From: a virus
Length of the DNA: 64,000 bases
Virus record (IMG/VR): IMGVR_UViG_3300050343_000199
Location: 32,001 to 96,000 of that record
Strand: one strand, 5' to 3'
Part shown: positions 62,978 to 64,000 of the stretch, one piece after another
Layout: each line of letters opens with the position of its first letter
Numbering within the stretch: position 1 is the first letter of the stretch
Program-made: the position numbers and the translations under genes
The notes under the pieces: generated by a model
What the model was told of the DNA's origin: nothing
Seen by the model: only the letters and a program-made list of their open reading frames with translations
Databases searched by the model: none

Positions 62978-63999
62978 TTAATAGTGGTTTTATTAGAATC
63001 AATGAATACATTACCAGTTACAGAATTAATTTCAAATACGGTTGATTCTGTAGAAGTATCACATCCATTCTTAACTCTAAATGATTTGGCAACTTGATCA
63101 AGTAAGGTCTTAACTTTAAATATTTCACCTGTATCATCAACACCATCACCAGAAGGAGTGCCATCATCGCGAGAAATAATAACATAGTCTCCAATACTGA
63201 TGTCTCCACCAAATTGTGCTAGGTAAATATCTTCTTCAGTTCCAGAGTTGTCAAGATTGGTGGTAATCCAAGTAGATTCAAACTGAACAGTACATTTGTA
63301 GATTGCAGCAGTATCGTTATGATCAGATCTAATTTCAGTAAATGTTCCAAATGGAAGTCTCTCAACTATAAGATAATATGGAGCAACGTTGATTCTTGGT
63401 AAAGAAACGATTTTAACAAATTCGGGATGTTTATTACCTGTAATAGCAGTATCAACTAGAAGAATATCATTCTCGGTAAAATACTGAGCATCTTCAGCAT
63501 CAACTGGTTTATTCTTAATTGGTAAGTAATACTGATTACCACTCAATGCAGAAAGAACTTGAGGTTCAACATTTGGAGTACCACCAATTGTAGTAATTTC
63601 ATTCTGGAATACTGTACCACCCCAATCACCACTACCAGAAGTATCTACAGCATTGTATCTCGCATCGGATACAGCAACTCTAGCAACTGTAATAAGATCA
63701 ACATTAGACTTGAATAGATTATTTCCGAGAATACCGCTGGTATGAGTAATCTTACTAGAACCAATTTGTCCTCTATCTGCTGTGAAAGAGTAAGATGCAA
63801 ATCCACCACACAGGGTCATATCAGAATTAAATCTAGCAGTAGAATCAACAATTAAATTGTTTCTAATTCTAGTACTTCCACCCTGACCACCGACTGTAAT
63901 ATCAGAAGCATTAGTTGCAAAATCAAGTTTTGACGTGCTAGAATTACCAGAGAAAAATTCTACAGTGCCTGCAGTAGAAGAAAGTTTAACCGTATCATC
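62965..63999 (-). CDS. Upstream part of giant structural/fibre protein; open to the window edge (5' partial), ends at frameshift
   Basis: Frame is open from 63999 (DDTVKLSSTAG...) through the track ORF; stops 4 codons after TTIN. Confidence 0.75.
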   Translation of the reverse strand, partial: DDTVKLSSTAGTVEFFSGNSSTSKLDFATNASDITVGGQGGSTRIRNNLIVDSTARFNSDMTLCGGFASYSFTADRGQIGSSKITHTSGILGNNLFKSNVDLITVARVAVSDARYNAVDTSGSGDWGGTVFQNEITTIGGTPNVEPQVLSALSGNQYYLPIKNKPVDAEDAQYFTENDILLVDTAITGNKHPEFVKIVSLPRINVAPYYLIVERLPFGTFTEIRSDHNDTAAIYKCTVQFESTWITTNLDNSGTEEDIYLAQFGGDISIGDYVIISRDDGTPSGDGVDDTGEIFKVKTLLDQVAKSFRVKNGCDTSTESTVFEINSVTGNVFIDSNKTTINGFR

Positions 64000-64000
64000 A

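Noticed and set aside
62960-62985. Canonical programmed -1 frameshift (tail assembly chaperone type)
   Set aside because: No slippery heptamer, no obvious downstream structure, and not a G/GT chaperone context.

Overview
This window is part of a T4-like marine cyanomyovirus genome (Kyanoviridae-type). It is AT-rich and every credible gene is on the minus strand. In transcription order (right to left) it has three blocks. (1) 64.0-53.9 kb is a late tail block: a giant structural/fibre gene broken by a frameshift at ~62,970, three tail-collar fibre genes and a tail-fibre-assembly chaperone. (2) 53.9-39.9 kb is an early/accessory block of about 50 small ORFs. It includes an operon of 2OG-Fe(II) oxygenases (one internally deleted), AbrB-like, KTSC-like, T5orf172/GIY-YIG-like and PD-(D/E)xK-like proteins, and a secreted HExxH protein. 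(3) 39.7-0 kb is a late structural block: a probable spike-tip protein, gp25, gp6, gp7, gp8, a VrlC/DUF4815 protein and a hypervariable array of modular tail fibres/adhesins, with T4-type late promoters (NATAAATA). The most striking unexplained structure is a 21-22-bp dyad (GTGNCA[G/C]TT-N4-AA[G/C]TGNCAC). It occurs 13 times, only in the early block, always 29-31 nt upstream of a sigma70 -10 box, and most of these promoters lack a -35, which suggests a dedicated activator regulon. Two, possibly three, out-of-frame deletion junctions are also visible. I saw no tRNA, rRNA, CRISPR array, integrase, intron or intein. Product calls come from recognising motifs by eye; no database searches were run.
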